64,000 bases of DNA from Chara braunii (lineage: Eukaryota > Plantae > Charophyceae): assembly GCA_003427395.1 (NCBI GenBank), contig BFEA01000024.1:5530721-5594720 (forward strand), read 5' to 3'. How positions within the stretch are numbered: position 1 is the first letter of the stretch; every line of letters begins with the position of its first letter. The notes below the pieces were generated by a model. That model had not been told where the DNA came from, did not search any database, and saw only the letters and a list, made by a program, of their open reading frames with translations. This document shows positions 62,261-64,000 of the stretch, piece by piece. Position numbers and translations under genes: made by a program.

Positions 62261-63133
62261 AGCTTTGAAGGATTCAAAAACTTCTTTCTCTATGTTTGTG
62301 TGCGATGCTCTAGTTTTTTCTTGGGGTGATGAATTTCCAATGGCGCAGAGTTTATTGAACTTTATTCAAGGAATGAGCCCTCGCGGGGCCCTTATCAGAC
62401 ATGCACATGTTCTGGGCAGAGCCCCCCAGCAAGCCAAGTGCCCGCCCTAAGTGAAGGCAGGCCTGAATATTCACTAGAGGCCAGGGTTGCACCCCAGCCG
62501 ACCGCCGACCGTATTGCAGCCGACCGGTAGGGCCGACCAGTCAGTCGGCGGTCTGCCGACCAGTCAGAAAACAGTCATCCGCTGATTTTTTCCCAAATCT
62601 GAGTTCGGGGCTGCACTGCGCTTGCTGAGTAAAGCCCAAATCCGCTTACAAACTTTGGTTTCTGTGATTTCTTTTTTTGGTGGGTGGATGGGGGGAGAGG
62701 GAATCGGGGGGGTGGGGGTCGGGGGGGTCGGGCGGAGGTCCTGGGGGTGCCTGTTTCATGCTTATGAGGGGCTGTTTGAGGGCCCAGAGGGAGTTGATGC
62801 TTTGGTGTTTGGGGGCAGGCCGCAGGGTTGTTAAGGGGTTCTGTTTGGGGATGACCGGCGACATTCATACAGGCTCATACAGGCCGAGACAGCCTTATAC
62901 ACGGTTCAATCAATAGCAGCCGGGAATCACACTGACACGGACGGAAAAAGAAAATGGAAAAAAGAAGAAGAAGACACGAGTCCACGCAATCGACGCTGCA
63001 ATTGCAGAAAAGCAATACTTGCTACACTTCATTATAGTCTGACTGACTCTAGCAGACTCAGACTGTCCAGTACGTCTGTGAAGTCAGCTTAAACGAAGTC
63101 CACCCTAGACATGGAGGACACAAACGACGAGGG

Positions 63134-63138
63134 AAGAA

Positions 63139-63185
<47 letters not shown>

Positions 63186-63223
63186 AGAAGAAGAAGAAGA
63201 AGATGTCTCTCTCTCTCTCACCT

Positions 63224-63280
<57 letters not shown>
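63134..63280. repeat. (GAA)n plus (CT)n microsatellites
   Basis: Read directly from the sequence. Confidence 0.95.
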
Positions 63281-63284
<4 letters not shown>

Positions 63285-64000
63285 CGCTGCTGCTACTGGT
63301 GCCGGTCGATGACGACGGGTCCGTCGATGAACTTGACGACTCTTCTTGTTCCTCAGCGGAAGATGAAGCGCTGCTGCTGCTAGACTCATCGTCCTCTTGC
63401 ACTCTCTTCCTCGTATGTATTTTCGGAGACTGCGAGACTGCGGTGACTTTCTTTTGAACTCTTCGCGACTTCCTCTTCTTCGCCTGCCGAACAACAGCAT
63501 GCTTCTCTTTCAAGGTCACTGGCGGTGTGACTGTCTTGCGTCCGTTGCCTCTTCTACCTCTGGTCGATGGTGCAGCTGTCTCCTTCGGCTTGTTCTTCCC
63601 TCCTTTCTTTCTGCCCGCCAGACTCCTAACTTGGCGCACCTTGCTGGCATCGATTTCGGGTGGCGACGTTGACGCATGTCGTGCAGTTGCATGTTGTGGT
63701 GGGTCAGGCCCTCCAACCTCAGCAGCTGCGGTCCTCCTCCTGTAGACCATGCCTTGTGATCCTTCCCCAGCCGCAGTTCGAATGTCCTCGCTCAGCTGTA
63801 GACCGGGTGGGGTTGGTCCAGTGAATGTGGCCCAATCAGGGGTCTGCTCCTCAAAATCGATCCGCATGGGGACATCGCAGACAGGTGTTCACGGAAGTCC
63901 TTGTTGGAGTCGCTCGGGGCAATGGGGGACACATGGTGCAAAAGGGCGGTGAACCCCTCCCCCATCCCCAACCCCGGGTCAGGAGTGGAGAGCACATCGC
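63280..64000 (-). pseudogene. Possible degenerate exon encoding a K/R- and S/E-rich disordered protein
   Basis: 195-codon open frame (63280-63867) with an apparent frameshifted upstream part (63792-63995). No recognisable domain. Confidence 0.35.

Overview
Repeat-dominated eukaryotic scaffold with no intact host gene. It is probably a streptophyte green alga such as Chara; this is an inference from the style of the retroelement proteins and a plant-type 18S fragment. The assembly is gappy and includes three Nextera mate-pair junction adapters. Contents in order: (1) 1-14938, a decayed minus-strand Ty3/Gypsy element with an unusual layout: gag-PR-RT-RH, then a separately initiated PHD-finger-integrase ORF, then an ATGA-coupled extra ORF of about 510 codons, with a rearranged LTR-like repeat. 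(2) 14939-~35100, three diverged copies of a long (about 4-8 kb) non-coding element; copies 1 and 2 are inverted relative to each other. It carries arrays of stem-loops with covarying stems and G-U pairs that mostly point to one sense strand. The loop motif has been replaced across the whole array between copies (CCA-UAAGUU-UGG in copy 1, GGC-UUCG-GUY in copy 2). A conserved structured 3' module of about 470-500 nt is shared by copies 2 and 3. This is the best candidate for an undescribed system. (3) MITEs, satellites and pseudo-exons. (4) 46939-52779, a decayed, gag-less and RNaseH-less chromovirus. (5) An A-tailed 18S rRNA 3'-end fragment flanked by inverted repeats. All alignments and folds were done by eye, so boundaries are approximate.
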